Origin: a virus | Virus record (IMG/VR): IMGVR_UViG_3300045988_113306 | Length of the DNA stretch: 64,000 nucleotides | Strand: one strand, 5' to 3' | In this document: piece by piece, positions 10,052-18,882 of the stretch | Layout: each line of letters opens with the position of its first letter | How positions within the stretch are numbered: position 1 is the first letter of the stretch | Notes under the pieces: generated by a model | The model's database searches: none | Told to the model about the DNA's origin: nothing | Seen by the model: only the letters and a program-made list of their open reading frames with translations | Program-made: the position numbers and the translations under genes

Positions 10052-12139
10052 TTAAAAAGGCACGATTTCGTCGGGGTCGGCTGGCGAGAACGGGTCGGTG
10101 GATAATTCGTAATTAGGCAAATCTACGAATGATTGTTGCTCCGCGTTCTCCTGCCAATTATAGTTAATGACTTCGTAAGGGTCGGATTTCAAACGGTTGG
10201 ATTCTATCTCAAACCACAGCTTTATAATCTTCCCCATAGCTGAACCTTTGTCACGCCACTTGGCAATCTCAATTATATTGGTACAACCACTTGAAGATAT
10301 GTCGTTTATTTTGTCCTTTGACAAAGCTCCCTGCGCTTGCATTTCAAAAGTGTCAGGATATATCCTATGAACAATAAGAACGTTTTGAGCATAGTTAGCG
10401 ATATTGCCACTGCCCGAAATACTATCGCAGTCTAACCATTGACGCTGTTTGTTGGGGTGCGCGACCAAATGAATGTGGCAATTCAATTCCCTCGCAAGGT
10501 TTGTCAATTTGTTTAGCAACTTCTTTTGATTCGACCATTCATCCCTTTCTCCCAAGTCGTCAAGTTCAATAGTCATGAGGTTGTCAAGCGCAAGTATTTG
10601 AAATGGCCATTCCTTATATAGCTGCCGTATCTTATCTTCAAGGTTAAGAATGTCGCCTTGATATACATTGTTGTATATCCGTAAATATTGGTCTATCCAC
10701 GGTTCAATCTTTTCAACGATAGGTGCGGGAGTAAAATAGAAATCGTTAAATCGTGACTTCTGATTAAACTGCTTTCCACTTAACTGAAGCATCATCCATT
10801 GCTTGGTTTCTCCCTCTGACAGCTCACGACTTATCAAAGCGCAACGTGCGCCACGGTTAGCCGCACCTAACAAGACTTGATTAAGAACCGTAGACTTTGC
10901 GCATCCACGCCTACCAGACCACACGGTAATTTGGCCCAACTTCTGCCCTATAACAATGTCATCCAACGTTTTTATCCCAAATGGGATATAATCATCCACA
11001 GACAATTCAACTTTCTTTATTTCAGACATCCTTTTCCACGGCTCGCCTTTTTCCGCAGTTACAGGTTCGGGCTCAAATGGTGGTCGTACACGGTAGTAAT
11101 TCTGCCTATGCACATACTCAGCATAAGTCGCTTTATCGTATGCAGAAGGGTCAAAATGAAGTCTAAAATCACGAAAAGTCAGATGCTTGTGCGATTGGTG
11201 CAGGCACACGAACTGATAGCCGCCGTTGCGGAAAGCGAACACGCAGCTATCGGGAGCTTTATGAGATGATTCAAAGGGACATTCCGCCAGCACGTATTTA
11301 GTGTAGTCGTTCGTCACGGTCTTTTTGGCGACCTTGATGTCGTATTTCTCCAAAAAAGCCTCCAAATCGAAACTATCGGAGCCCCGGTAATGGTTCTGCT
11401 TCGACGGCGTTTCGGGGGTGGGGATTAAGGATGCTATTTTTTGGATGTACACGATGTCCGTCGGCTTGACTTCCTCAGGTGCCCGGACAATGTACGCCAT
11501 TCTGTGGGGACGTTCTTTTGTATTCGCCCCTTTTCTATTGACAGAATAGTAAAGACGGCACAACCTCGCAGGGTTCCCTACGACGCCATCTATATGAACT
11601 CTTTCATCAGAGAATAGCATACCAAGAGCATCCAAAAAATCTTTTACGAGCTTACGGTTAACTTCGCTATTCTCCAGCTTGACACGGTACATGACATGGA
11701 TGCCAGAGCCGGAGCAGCACACCACAGGCTGCTCGAAGTTGGCGTCGCGCAAGTAGGCGTAGACCTCATTGGCTTTCTTTTTGGCGTATGAAAGTTCTTC
11801 ATCAGTGCTTGCTGTACCCGAAGTACGCTCAACATCAATATCGACCATTATCCAATCGTACCCGACAATATCCTTATCGGCTGTCGTTTCACGTGGTTTT
11901 ACGACAAACTTGTTGCTTTGCTGACGGCTAAAACAAGCGTCGTTTATACGGTTAAGGACAAAGTATTGATTGCAATGCTCATACGGCTTCAACGCTTCAA
12001 TGATTGCGTCAACATCCTTAAAGTAGCCAGAGTATGTCTTGCTTGTGGCGGGGTCTATAAGCCTTATCTCCACAAGATGCTGATTGTCCTTGAAAATGTC
12101 ATACCACCTTCTTAGACCTGATATTTGGTCGGAGGTCAT
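10052..12139 (-). CDS. bifunctional AEP primase-polymerase / SF4 (DnaB/RepA-like) helicase
   Basis: N-terminal AEP motifs DIDVE, SGSGIHV, HIDGV; C-terminal Walker A GRRGCAKST and ILALDNL Walker B; 695 aa. Confidence 0.75.
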   Translation of the reverse strand: MTSDQISGLRRWYDIFKDNQHLVEIRLIDPATSKTYSGYFKDVDAIIEALKPYEHCNQYFVLNRINDACFSRQQSNKFVVKPRETTADKDIVGYDWIMVDIDVERTSGTASTDEELSYAKKKANEVYAYLRDANFEQPVVCCSGSGIHVMYRVKLENSEVNRKLVKDFLDALGMLFSDERVHIDGVVGNPARLCRLYYSVNRKGANTKERPHRMAYIVRAPEEVKPTDIVYIQKIASLIPTPETPSKQNHYRGSDSFDLEAFLEKYDIKVAKKTVTNDYTKYVLAECPFESSHKAPDSCVFAFRNGGYQFVCLHQSHKHLTFRDFRLHFDPSAYDKATYAEYVHRQNYYRVRPPFEPEPVTAEKGEPWKRMSEIKKVELSVDDYIPFGIKTLDDIVIGQKLGQITVWSGRRGCAKSTVLNQVLLGAANRGARCALISRELSEGETKQWMMLQLSGKQFNQKSRFNDFYFTPAPIVEKIEPWIDQYLRIYNNVYQGDILNLEDKIRQLYKEWPFQILALDNLMTIELDDLGERDEWSNQKKLLNKLTNLARELNCHIHLVAHPNKQRQWLDCDSISGSGNIANYAQNVLIVHRIYPDTFEMQAQGALSKDKINDISSSGCTNIIEIAKWRDKGSAMGKIIKLWFEIESNRLKSDPYEVINYNWQENAEQQSFVDLPNYELSTDPFSPADPDEIVPF

Positions 12140-12145
12140 GGCTTA

Positions 12146-12153
12146 ACCTCCTT
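12146..12153 (-). promoter_or_regulatory. canonical Shine-Dalgarno AAGGAGGT, 6 nt before primase ATG
   Basis: Read on minus strand; unusual because almost no other gene here has an SD. Confidence 0.5.
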
Positions 12154-12186
12154 ATATCTGATAATGATAGTTTCGGTCATTATATA

Positions 12187-12243
12187 GCACTGTGTTATAT
12201 CGCACTGTGTTATGAAAAAGAGATTGGGAACGATGCACAGTGC
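12187..12243. promoter_or_regulatory. three copies of the 9-bp palindrome GCAC(A/T)GTGC (candidate operators)
   Basis: Copies at 12187, 12202 and 12235 in the primase leader. Confidence 0.5.
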
Positions 12244-12287
12244 CGACATCTACGAAACGGGAGCGACCCATCCGCTCCCAAATCTCT
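12214..12287 (-). promoter_or_regulatory. leader stem-loop with U-run (attenuator/terminator-like) upstream of primase gene
   Basis: AGAGATTTGGGA pairs with TCCCAATCTCT followed by TTTTT; competing local hairpin GGGAGCG/CGCTCCC shares the GGGA bases. Confidence 0.5.
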
Positions 12288-12290
12288 ACG

Positions 12291-12298
12291 CAAAACTA
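12291..12298 (-). promoter_or_regulatory. candidate -7 promoter box TAGTTTTG
   Basis: CAAAACTA on plus strand = TAnnTTTG on minus, just upstream of the leader structure. Confidence 0.4.
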
Positions 12299-12324
12299 AA
12301 CAATCTTTTTCACTTATGCAATAC

Positions 12325-13020
12325 CTACTGCCAATAATCCTCGTTACCATCGTCTTTTTTCACCAACACATCCTCTCCGCTCATAATCTTATCATAAAGA
12401 TACTTCTCGTTATCCCGGTTATGGTATGCGCCCTCGTAAACCTTTGTCGCGTTGGCCGCCGACTTTATCAGCCAATCGAATGTGCATCGCCAATCGGTGT
12501 TTGCGTTCCCGCAAAGAAAACTGCTTGACCCTACCAATTTGAAAATCTTATATAGGTCGCCTATGGTCAGCTCACCTTGATTCATGCAAGACTTGAGCTT
12601 ACGTTTGCGCTGTGGAGTCCATCGCGTAATTGGCGGCAATGTGGGACAACTCTCGGCCCATTTCTTAGATACATCGTCGTAGTCAATGGAACTTAAAGTT
12701 TCAGGTTTCTCGCCCTCGATTACTTTCGGTTGGTTGGTCGGCCGATACTCGGACTTGTACACAAGCGGGAGTATAAGTTTCTGTCCCTCGTCTATGTTGA
12801 CTTGGACGGCACCTTTGTCAAACAATGACCTTAGCGTAGCATCGCACTCTTTCTTTGTTATCTCCAATGCGGTAGCCAATGCGCCAGAGCGGACGTTCAC
12901 GCCCAATTCAGAGCGTGGGTAGCTGTCAATCTCTATAAGCACTACTTTTTCCAACCATGTCAGGTCTTGGTTTTCCCACAAGGACATGGGGATTGCAATG
13001 TATCGGTTTTCTCGTTTCAT
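12325..13020 (-). CDS. putative replication organiser-like protein (N-terminal wHTH-like, conserved phage C-terminus)
   Basis: 231 aa; C-terminal W..R...L....FL.G.....F.WL....KV.EG.Y pattern resembles phage replisome-organiser C-termini; sits upstream of the primase gene. Confidence 0.35.
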   Translation of the reverse strand: MKRENRYIAIPMSLWENQDLTWLEKVVLIEIDSYPRSELGVNVRSGALATALEITKKECDATLRSLFDKGAVQVNIDEGQKLILPLVYKSEYRPTNQPKVIEGEKPETLSSIDYDDVSKKWAESCPTLPPITRWTPQRKRKLKSCMNQGELTIGDLYKIFKLVGSSSFLCGNANTDWRCTFDWLIKSAANATKVYEGAYHNRDNEKYLYDKIMSGEDVLVKKDDGNEDYWQ

Positions 13021-13274
13021 AGTTCGTCCTCCATTTTCTTTAACTCAGCCTCAAGAGCGTCAATAATGATTTGTAACATGAACGGCTGCATGGTAAACGT
13101 TGTTCGTGTTCGTTTCCCATTACGTGCGTACAATGACAATTGATATGGATATTTCACACATTCGTATGGAGCCCCGTTGTCATCGTAAACTTCTTTTAAC
13201 GACTTGTGGGCTTCTACCAAATCGTCATACTTGCGCAACTTGTCGCGACTTTTCAATAAATTTTTCAGTTTCAT
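13017..13274 (-). CDS. hypothetical protein, 85 aa
   Basis: Track ORF, 4-nt overlap coupling. Confidence 0.5.
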   Translation of the reverse strand: MKLKNLLKSRDKLRKYDDLVEAHKSLKEVYDDNGAPYECVKYPYQLSLYARNGKRTRTTFTMQPFMLQIIIDALEAELKKMEDEL

Positions 13275-13786
13275 ATCTTTTCTTTTAATCGTTTTATCGT
13301 TTCATTTTTATCCCACAGCATGGCAAACATGAATCCTATTACACTCGGATATACGCTGAAGCTAAAATTGATGTGCTTGAAGATGTTGTTTATGACGCAG
13401 CATGCAACCATGGTCAGCGTCAGCCACCCAATCATCTTCAGAAAACTCCCGTACCGCTCCCAAAACGTTGACTTTAACTTGACGGGAGGGAACAATATTT
13501 TGTAGTAGTCGCTTTTTTCGTTCCATATCGAGTACTCCACTACTCCGAGCTCAGGCGTTGACGTCGTGTAGTCGCCGGGTGTCACATATCCGTCCTCGTC
13601 TAACGTTTGTTTGACGAAATGTTTATATATGTATGTATCACGAGAGCGCGGTGTGATATACAAAGGTTTATTATAAGTAAGATGGGTCTGAACGAGGTCA
13701 ACCCACAAATAATCCGTTAAACACATTTTTTCTTCGTCCTCGTGTGAGTGCGTATTGTTTATGCAAACTATTTTTAATTGTTTCAT
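13271..13786 (-). CDS. hypothetical membrane-associated protein, 171 aa
   Basis: Track ORF; hydrophobic C-terminal segments. Confidence 0.5.
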   Translation of the reverse strand: MKQLKIVCINNTHSHEDEEKMCLTDYLWVDLVQTHLTYNKPLYITPRSRDTYIYKHFVKQTLDEDGYVTPGDYTTSTPELGVVEYSIWNEKSDYYKILFPPVKLKSTFWERYGSFLKMIGWLTLTMVACCVINNIFKHINFSFSVYPSVIGFMFAMLWDKNETIKRLKEKI

Positions 13787-13808
13787 GTTGTTTTATTAAC
13801 GTTAATAA

Positions 13809-14228
13809 CTACTCCTCATCAAGTTTCTGTATCTCGTCATAGAGGGCGTTAACGATGATTTCCTTGATGTAGTCGGGAAGCTCATTTACACTATATAAAT
13901 AAGAACCATTGCCTCCGGCCTTGACAATTACATTTTTGTCAAAGTAATCTTTCCACTCCTGTAGCTCGTCATATTTTGCCAACTTCTCACGGTTGGCGAG
14001 TAAATCTTTAATTTTCATATTCATTTTTTTTGGGGTTTTATAGTCATCCGGCCAATAATCCTCGTCAATCACCTCCACAATGGAGTTCTCAAACACTTGG
14101 AATCCCACGGGCTTGCGTTGGGGCTCTTTGGTGAAGTCGTGACGATGATAGACGGTTATTCTGCAGAACTTGACCGTTTTCTCCCAATGCTCGCCGTTGT
14201 CGGTTATGGAAATTTGAATTATCGGCAT
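13809..14228 (-). CDS. hypothetical protein, 139 aa
   Basis: Track ORF. Confidence 0.5.
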   Translation of the reverse strand: MPIIQISITDNGEHWEKTVKFCRITVYHRHDFTKEPQRKPVGFQVFENSIVEVIDEDYWPDDYKTPKKMNMKIKDLLANREKLAKYDELQEWKDYFDKNVIVKAGGNGSYLYSVNELPDYIKEIIVNALYDEIQKLDEE

Positions 14229-14431
14229 GGCTTTCCTATGTCATTGCGGTTTATTATATACTCTACCCAACCAATCGGGACTGTTATGTAGTTTTGCGAC
14301 TTATATGTCACGACCTTTAACCACCACCCGAAAAACCAAAACTTGTGTAATACCCAAGCATCAGCATAATATCCATCTAACTTGTGATGAATGGATATTC
14401 TATCGCCCGGTCTTATTGTCAGCTTTCCCAT
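14219..14431 (-). CDS. hypothetical protein, 70 aa
   Basis: Track ORF filling the gap between neighbours. Confidence 0.45.
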   Translation of the reverse strand: MGKLTIRPGDRISIHHKLDGYYADAWVLHKFWFFGWWLKVVTYKSQNYITVPIGWVEYIINRNDIGKPCR

Positions 14432-14432
14432 A

Positions 14433-15056
14433 TCACTTCTTTTTCAGCCCCTCCACAACCGCTTTAGCAACCTTGACGGCATACTCGGCTATTCTTTCCG
14501 GGTCAACTCCATAACTCTTTTCCAAACTCTTGACTGCTATCTCTTTTGCGAGGTCGGCGGTGTATTGCTCCCATTTATCGCAATTTCCGATATTTTGCGA
14601 CAAATTGCGCAAATGTTTTTCTTCGCTTAAAATCTGCAAGGTTTCTGCGGATTCGGGAGCAGCAAGGCTGTTTTTGTCCTCGGTCGACTCGGTATAGGGT
14701 TGTAACTCATCTTCTGATACATCATAGCAAACATCGCCAATCATATAGGTGTACTTACCCCACACCTTCTGATAATATCCGTCTTGTGTAATAACGTGTA
14801 CTCCACCCTGAAACCAAACCTTGTCTCCTTTGTGATACTTTGGCTTCGGCTCTTTCGCCCCGTCCTCGACCTTGATTAGGTATTTGGTGGGGATAGAAAG
14901 GAAGTGGTTGCCATAGGCCCGTATTATGGCACGACTGTCAGTTACATTGACCACGGTGTTCTCAACCTCTGTAAATATATGGTCTGAGCCGCTTACATAA
15001 TCTTTCGGTATATTCTCTCTGACGCGCACCTTGTCGCCTACTTTGATTTGTTCCAT
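14433..15056 (-). CDS. hypothetical protein, 207 aa, shares RNLSQ..NCDK motif with 16149..16622
   Basis: Track ORF; two KVGDKV-type SH3/KOW-like openings; motif HLRNLSQNIGNCDK. Confidence 0.5.
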   Translation of the reverse strand: MEQIKVGDKVRVRENIPKDYVSGSDHIFTEVENTVVNVTDSRAIIRAYGNHFLSIPTKYLIKVEDGAKEPKPKYHKGDKVWFQGGVHVITQDGYYQKVWGKYTYMIGDVCYDVSEDELQPYTESTEDKNSLAAPESAETLQILSEEKHLRNLSQNIGNCDKWEQYTADLAKEIAVKSLEKSYGVDPERIAEYAVKVAKAVVEGLKKK

Positions 15057-15068
15057 GTTATTTTTTAA

Positions 15069-15227
15069 TTAGTTAATTCTCACCTTATCTCCGCAAATAG
15101 GACAGATGATAAAACGATGAACACTCAAAAATCCAAGCTCTATCTCCACGTCGTATTTGCTGAATCGCAGGAGCGCCAAACAGCATTGACAGCGCACTTC
15201 CTTTGGGGATTCAACAACCTCTATCAT
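15069..15227 (-). CDS. small zinc-ribbon protein, 52 aa
   Basis: CQCC...CPICG pairs; ATG at 15227 forms an ATGA overlap with the upstream stop. Confidence 0.5.
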   Translation of the reverse strand: MIEVVESPKEVRCQCCLALLRFSKYDVEIELGFLSVHRFIICPICGDKVRIN

Positions 15228-15427
15228 ATCTTCTCGTATTTCAGCCCGAAAGCCCACCTAAGCATGATGCGCTTGAATTGGGATATGGGTTTGTAAACGG
15301 GTATTCTGCTCATTGTCGGCTCATGGATAAGCTGACCTATCTGGTCGGGGAGCTTGCAGTTGTAGACAGCCGCTTTCCAACCGACTATATCTCGTTCTTT
15401 TTCTTTGATTTTATTTTGTCCTATCAT
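15224..15427 (-). CDS. hypothetical protein, 67 aa
   Basis: Track ORF bridging the HNH gene and the zinc-ribbon gene. Confidence 0.4.
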   Translation of the reverse strand: MIGQNKIKEKERDIVGWKAAVYNCKLPDQIGQLIHEPTMSRIPVYKPISQFKRIMLRWAFGLKYEKI

Positions 15428-15431
15428 ATTG

Positions 15432-15776
15432 TCATTGTTTTTCGTTGTTCATTCTCTCAAAGTGAAATACTATCGGCTTGCTGACACGCTCAATAAGACC
15501 ATACGCGAGCGACATACGCCCTTGAAAAGTCTTGCAGAGCGAATCGCATTGGTCTTGGATTTCGCGTCTGAAATGCTCTACGGAGAGCGTTCCTTTGCGG
15601 AAGTTGCAGGCTCGGCAAGCGGGCATGAGGTTGTCAATGTCATCAGACCCGCCTTTATGCTTCGGATGCACATGGTCTACCTGCATATCCTTGCAGTCTA
15701 TCTCTTTGCCGCAGTAGGCGCAATGGCCGCCGCATTTGTCATAGACAATCTGTCGTATTTTCTTCGGTATGCTCAT
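15432..15776 (-). CDS. HNH endonuclease
   Basis: CAYCGKEI...VDHVHPKHKGGSDDIDNLMPACRACNFRKG. Confidence 0.8.
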   Translation of the reverse strand: MSIPKKIRQIVYDKCGGHCAYCGKEIDCKDMQVDHVHPKHKGGSDDIDNLMPACRACNFRKGTLSVEHFRREIQDQCDSLCKTFQGRMSLAYGLIERVSKPIVFHFERMNNEKQ

Positions 15777-16162
15777 TCTTTTTCGTTGTCAAGGAGTTGG
15801 AGGGCGTCGGAAATGCCATCCGATAACGCTTGTTCATAGATTAGATAACCTCTATATCCCTCAGCTATACAGCAGCCGACAATAGGTAATACCTTGTAAT
15901 ACCAATCGCCGTCAAGGTCAAAATCCACAAGTATATGCAGCTTCTTTTTCTCCCTCAGCCACTTCTGGGCTTGCCATAAGGTCGGAGCGGATGCAGTGCT
16001 ATATTTGCTATTTTGATGTCGTATACAAGAATATACATCCGTAAGCTTAAACTTATCCCCTATAATGCTTTTTCGGGCATAGTAGCGGTCGCACGGCTCA
16101 TCGAAGCCGCACGCTTTGAGAGCCTTTGAAAGCTCGTAGGAGCAATAATCAGTTGTTTCCAT
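15773..16162 (-). CDS. hypothetical protein, 129 aa
   Basis: Track ORF 15773..16174 (TTG); ATG at 16162. Confidence 0.5.
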   Translation of the reverse strand: METTDYCSYELSKALKACGFDEPCDRYYARKSIIGDKFKLTDVYSCIRHQNSKYSTASAPTLWQAQKWLREKKKLHILVDFDLDGDWYYKVLPIVGCCIAEGYRGYLIYEQALSDGISDALQLLDNEKE

Positions 16163-16622
16163 TAAGTTCCGCAATCTTATCTGTCGCTTCTTTCAAATTT
16201 TCCATATTAAACGCCATAAGCAAGGCATCAGCAGCCTTTATCGCGTCTTCCGCTATTTGAGGATAATATTTCTTGCGACTTACTACATCATCAAATACGT
16301 TAGGGTTACTTAGTAATCCTTGCATCGCCATAGCCGCTATCTTCCTCCGCTCGGCCTCGGTGTTAATTTCCAATATTTTATCAAACTGTTTATCGCAATT
16401 TGCGGTTTCTTGCGATAAGTTGCGATGTTCGTTATTTTTAACTCCCCATTCCTTTATGGGACTTAAATCCCAATAGAGGTTAAGGGGTTCTTTTTCGTGT
16501 TCAGCACCCTTGCTGTCGATGTAGGAAACAAAGTCCAATACATCACTACGGGTTGTTGAACCTCCGTAGGAGATAACCTCAACGATTTCTCCCGTCTTTC
16601 TGATTCTGTATTTATTATTCAT
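16149..16622 (-). CDS. hypothetical protein, 157 aa, RNLSQ..NCDK motif
   Basis: Track ORF; HRNLSQETANCDK. Confidence 0.5.
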   Translation of the reverse strand: MNNKYRIRKTGEIVEVISYGGSTTRSDVLDFVSYIDSKGAEHEKEPLNLYWDLSPIKEWGVKNNEHRNLSQETANCDKQFDKILEINTEAERRKIAAMAMQGLLSNPNVFDDVVSRKKYYPQIAEDAIKAADALLMAFNMENLKEATDKIAELNGNN

Positions 16623-16716
16623 CTTTATTTTACGCGCATAACGCGCTGTGTTATTTTACTTTATCGCCCAAAGTTTAAATAAGCAGGTTTTATCATGCTT
16701 ATTTCGACTTCTCGGT

Positions 16717-16866
16717 TTAGTACCATTCAACATAGTGTCCTTGAGATTCAAGGTATTTGCCAAGTCGTTCGGCACTGCTCCATTTGCTATATTTCTCAAT
16801 AGTTCTCCATCCATACCATACTTTCTTTTGTACGGCATAGCAAGAATCTCCTAAAAGATTCTCCAT
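16717..16866 (-). CDS. small hypothetical protein, 49 aa
   Basis: Own translation (MENLLGDSCYAVQKKVWYGWRTIEKYSKW...); ATG 10 nt after upstream stop; preferred to overlapping track ORF 16656..16838. Confidence 0.4.
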   Translation of the reverse strand: MENLLGDSCYAVQKKVWYGWRTIEKYSKWSSAERLGKYLESQGHYVEWY

Positions 16867-16876
16867 TTCTCCTACT

Positions 16877-17221
16877 CTATATCTTTCCATCTTTCTCGGT
16901 TTTAGGGTTAACTATTTCCAATATCTGCTCCAACTGAGTGTCTGTCAGGTTGTCGAAGTTGATTTTGCGGCATCCAGCAAGCATCATATTCCTTGCTATC
17001 TCCTTGCTGACATTCTCAATATCTTCTTCGGTCGCGGGGCGGGCTGATGTTATATTCCATGCGTCAATCGGATACTTATAACCGGTGCTTTTACGATATT
17101 TTGAGCCGCCTGCGATTATATTCGCTTTCAGCACCTTCTCTACGGTGACTATCCTCTTGGCCCACATACTCGTAACAAGCAGTTTATCGCCTACTTTGAC
17201 GTTATCCAATATCCCGTTCAT
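16877..17221 (-). CDS. hypothetical protein, 114 aa
   Basis: Track ORF. Confidence 0.5.
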   Translation of the reverse strand: MNGILDNVKVGDKLLVTSMWAKRIVTVEKVLKANIIAGGSKYRKSTGYKYPIDAWNITSARPATEEDIENVSKEIARNMMLAGCRKINFDNLTDTQLEQILEIVNPKTEKDGKI

Positions 17222-17700
17222 TTCTCACCTCCTTTCTCAATCCCGTTCAGCTTGTAGCCGTAATTTATGAGCCATATAATCATCTGTACAGCGCACTCGA
17301 TAAGGTCGGGCGCATACATAGGCACATCGTCTACCCTGCTTTTCTCGTTGTGCTTCTTTGGCTTGTAGTACAAGCACCACTGATTGCCGATTACGGATTC
17401 ATCGGAGTCCTCGTAATAGATGCTTATACGGTATGGATAACCGTCAATCTTTATCTCTTTCGGCATGAGTCCAAGCAAACAGCCGAGGCTCCATGCAGGA
17501 GTAATATGTATGCGGCTATCGCCAAATCCATATCCTATGAGGGTATTATATTGCTCTTTGTGAGTGTTGCAAATAGGTTTGTCGGTGTTGTTTACACAAT
17601 CATCAATATGTTGGTAACACATATCCGCACTCTCAGCCGGAACGCCACATTTAAGCAGTCGTGTCGATTGTTCTCGGGTAGTTGCTGTGTTCGTTTTCAT
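17218..17700 (-). CDS. hypothetical protein, 160 aa
   Basis: Track ORF 17218..17763; ATG at 17700 (MKTNTATT) gives an ATGA overlap with the upstream stop. Confidence 0.5.
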   Translation of the reverse strand: MKTNTATTREQSTRLLKCGVPAESADMCYQHIDDCVNNTDKPICNTHKEQYNTLIGYGFGDSRIHITPAWSLGCLLGLMPKEIKIDGYPYRISIYYEDSDESVIGNQWCLYYKPKKHNEKSRVDDVPMYAPDLIECAVQMIIWLINYGYKLNGIEKGGEK

Positions 17701-17930
17701 CGCTCTAAATCTGTTTTGTGGCACGGGCAGTCCGGGTCGTGGGTGATGCCGCCAATCGCCCATTTCCCATTTCCGCTATCATATTTCAGATAGCGATGCC
17801 CTTTATAATTAAACTCAGTTATATCTGATGCCATACCATCATCAATCTGTTCTTGTGTCTTTTGTTCCTCGCACCCCGTCAGCGCAACGGCGCACAGGGC
17901 GAGAAAAGCTAATGTAAGTTTCGTTTTCAT
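17697..17930 (-). CDS. putative lipoprotein, 77 aa
   Basis: Signal peptide plus lipobox: MKTKLTLAFLALCAVALTGC. Confidence 0.6.
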   Translation of the reverse strand: MKTKLTLAFLALCAVALTGCEEQKTQEQIDDGMASDITEFNYKGHRYLKYDSGNGKWAIGGITHDPDCPCHKTDLER

Positions 17931-18715
17931 AAGTCAAATTTCATTTGCGCCGTGGACGCTTTTACACGTTCAACGGCAATGTTATAGTATTCTTCCGTAA
18001 GTTCAATCCCCACACCTTTTCGATTGGCATTTGCACAAGCCACCATCGTAGAGCCGCTTCCCATCGTAGCATCGAGCACACAGTCACCCTCGTTGGTGTA
18101 GGTCTTGATTAGATATTCGAGCAACGACACGGGGTTTTGGGTTTGATGTAAGTATTTGCCATGTTCCTTGGCGAAGCTCAGGATTGAGTTTGGGTATTTC
18201 TCGTTGGTTATAACTGGTTCTGTCTGCTTGAAACTGCCATAACAACCGTTTTTTCCAAAGACCGTTCCGTTACCAACTTTGCCTCTGCTATGGACTTTAT
18301 TCCCAATTGACATTTGAGGATTGTATATCGGTTGAGTCCGATAGAACACAATAATGTCCTCATGTATTCTCAAGGGCTTGCGGTTCGCATCCAAGAATCC
18401 CGTCGGCCGGTTTATTTTGTCCCACACCAAAGAGTAGCGGTACAAGTCAGGTCTGCTCATCATAAGCTTGGCAGAGAACAAACCCTGACCGAAAAGCACG
18501 ATGGCGGCATTTTGTTTACTCACACGGAGCAGTTCGGGCCATAATGCGTCAAGGGCTATCTCGTTGTCCCATTGCGCGTGCTTGTTGCCTTTGTTCAGAC
18601 AACCATACGGCAAATCCGTAAGTATCATATCCACGCTTCCGTCTGCAAGCGTTGGCAGCACTTTGAGGCAGTCGCCGTGGATAAGTCTAATATCTGATAG
18701 GGCACAATCTGTCAT
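17927..18715 (-). CDS. N6/N4 DNA methyltransferase
   Basis: ILTDLPYG (DPPY-type motif IV) and DATMGSGST (motif I) in N6_N4_Mtase order. Confidence 0.8.
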   Translation of the reverse strand: MTDCALSDIRLIHGDCLKVLPTLADGSVDMILTDLPYGCLNKGNKHAQWDNEIALDALWPELLRVSKQNAAIVLFGQGLFSAKLMMSRPDLYRYSLVWDKINRPTGFLDANRKPLRIHEDIIVFYRTQPIYNPQMSIGNKVHSRGKVGNGTVFGKNGCYGSFKQTEPVITNEKYPNSILSFAKEHGKYLHQTQNPVSLLEYLIKTYTNEGDCVLDATMGSGSTMVACANANRKGVGIELTEEYYNIAVERVKASTAQMKFDL

Positions 18716-18882
18716 TTGTCAATTATGGTATTAAGTTCGTCCTGAGCTTTCTTAAACTCCTCGTCCGATAGCTGGCGGTCGCCATCCGGGAAGTATTTAT
18801 CCCAAACGGCCTTAACTTCCGCCACCTTATCTTTCTTTGCTCCTATAAGGCGCATCAGCTTACGTCGTTGTTGTCTGTTCAT
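18712..18882 (-). CDS. small hypothetical protein, 56 aa
   Basis: Own translation (MNRQQRRKLMRLIGAKKDK...); stop overlaps MTase ATG (ATGA). Confidence 0.4.
   Translation of the reverse strand: MNRQQRRKLMRLIGAKKDKVAEVKAVWDKYFPDGDRQLSDEEFKKAQDELNTIIDK

Noticed and set aside
16656-16838. 60-aa track ORF on the minus strand
   Set aside because: An overlapping 49-aa frame (16717..16866) starts 10 nt after the upstream stop and looks more protein-like. Only one of the two can be real, and both calls are low confidence.
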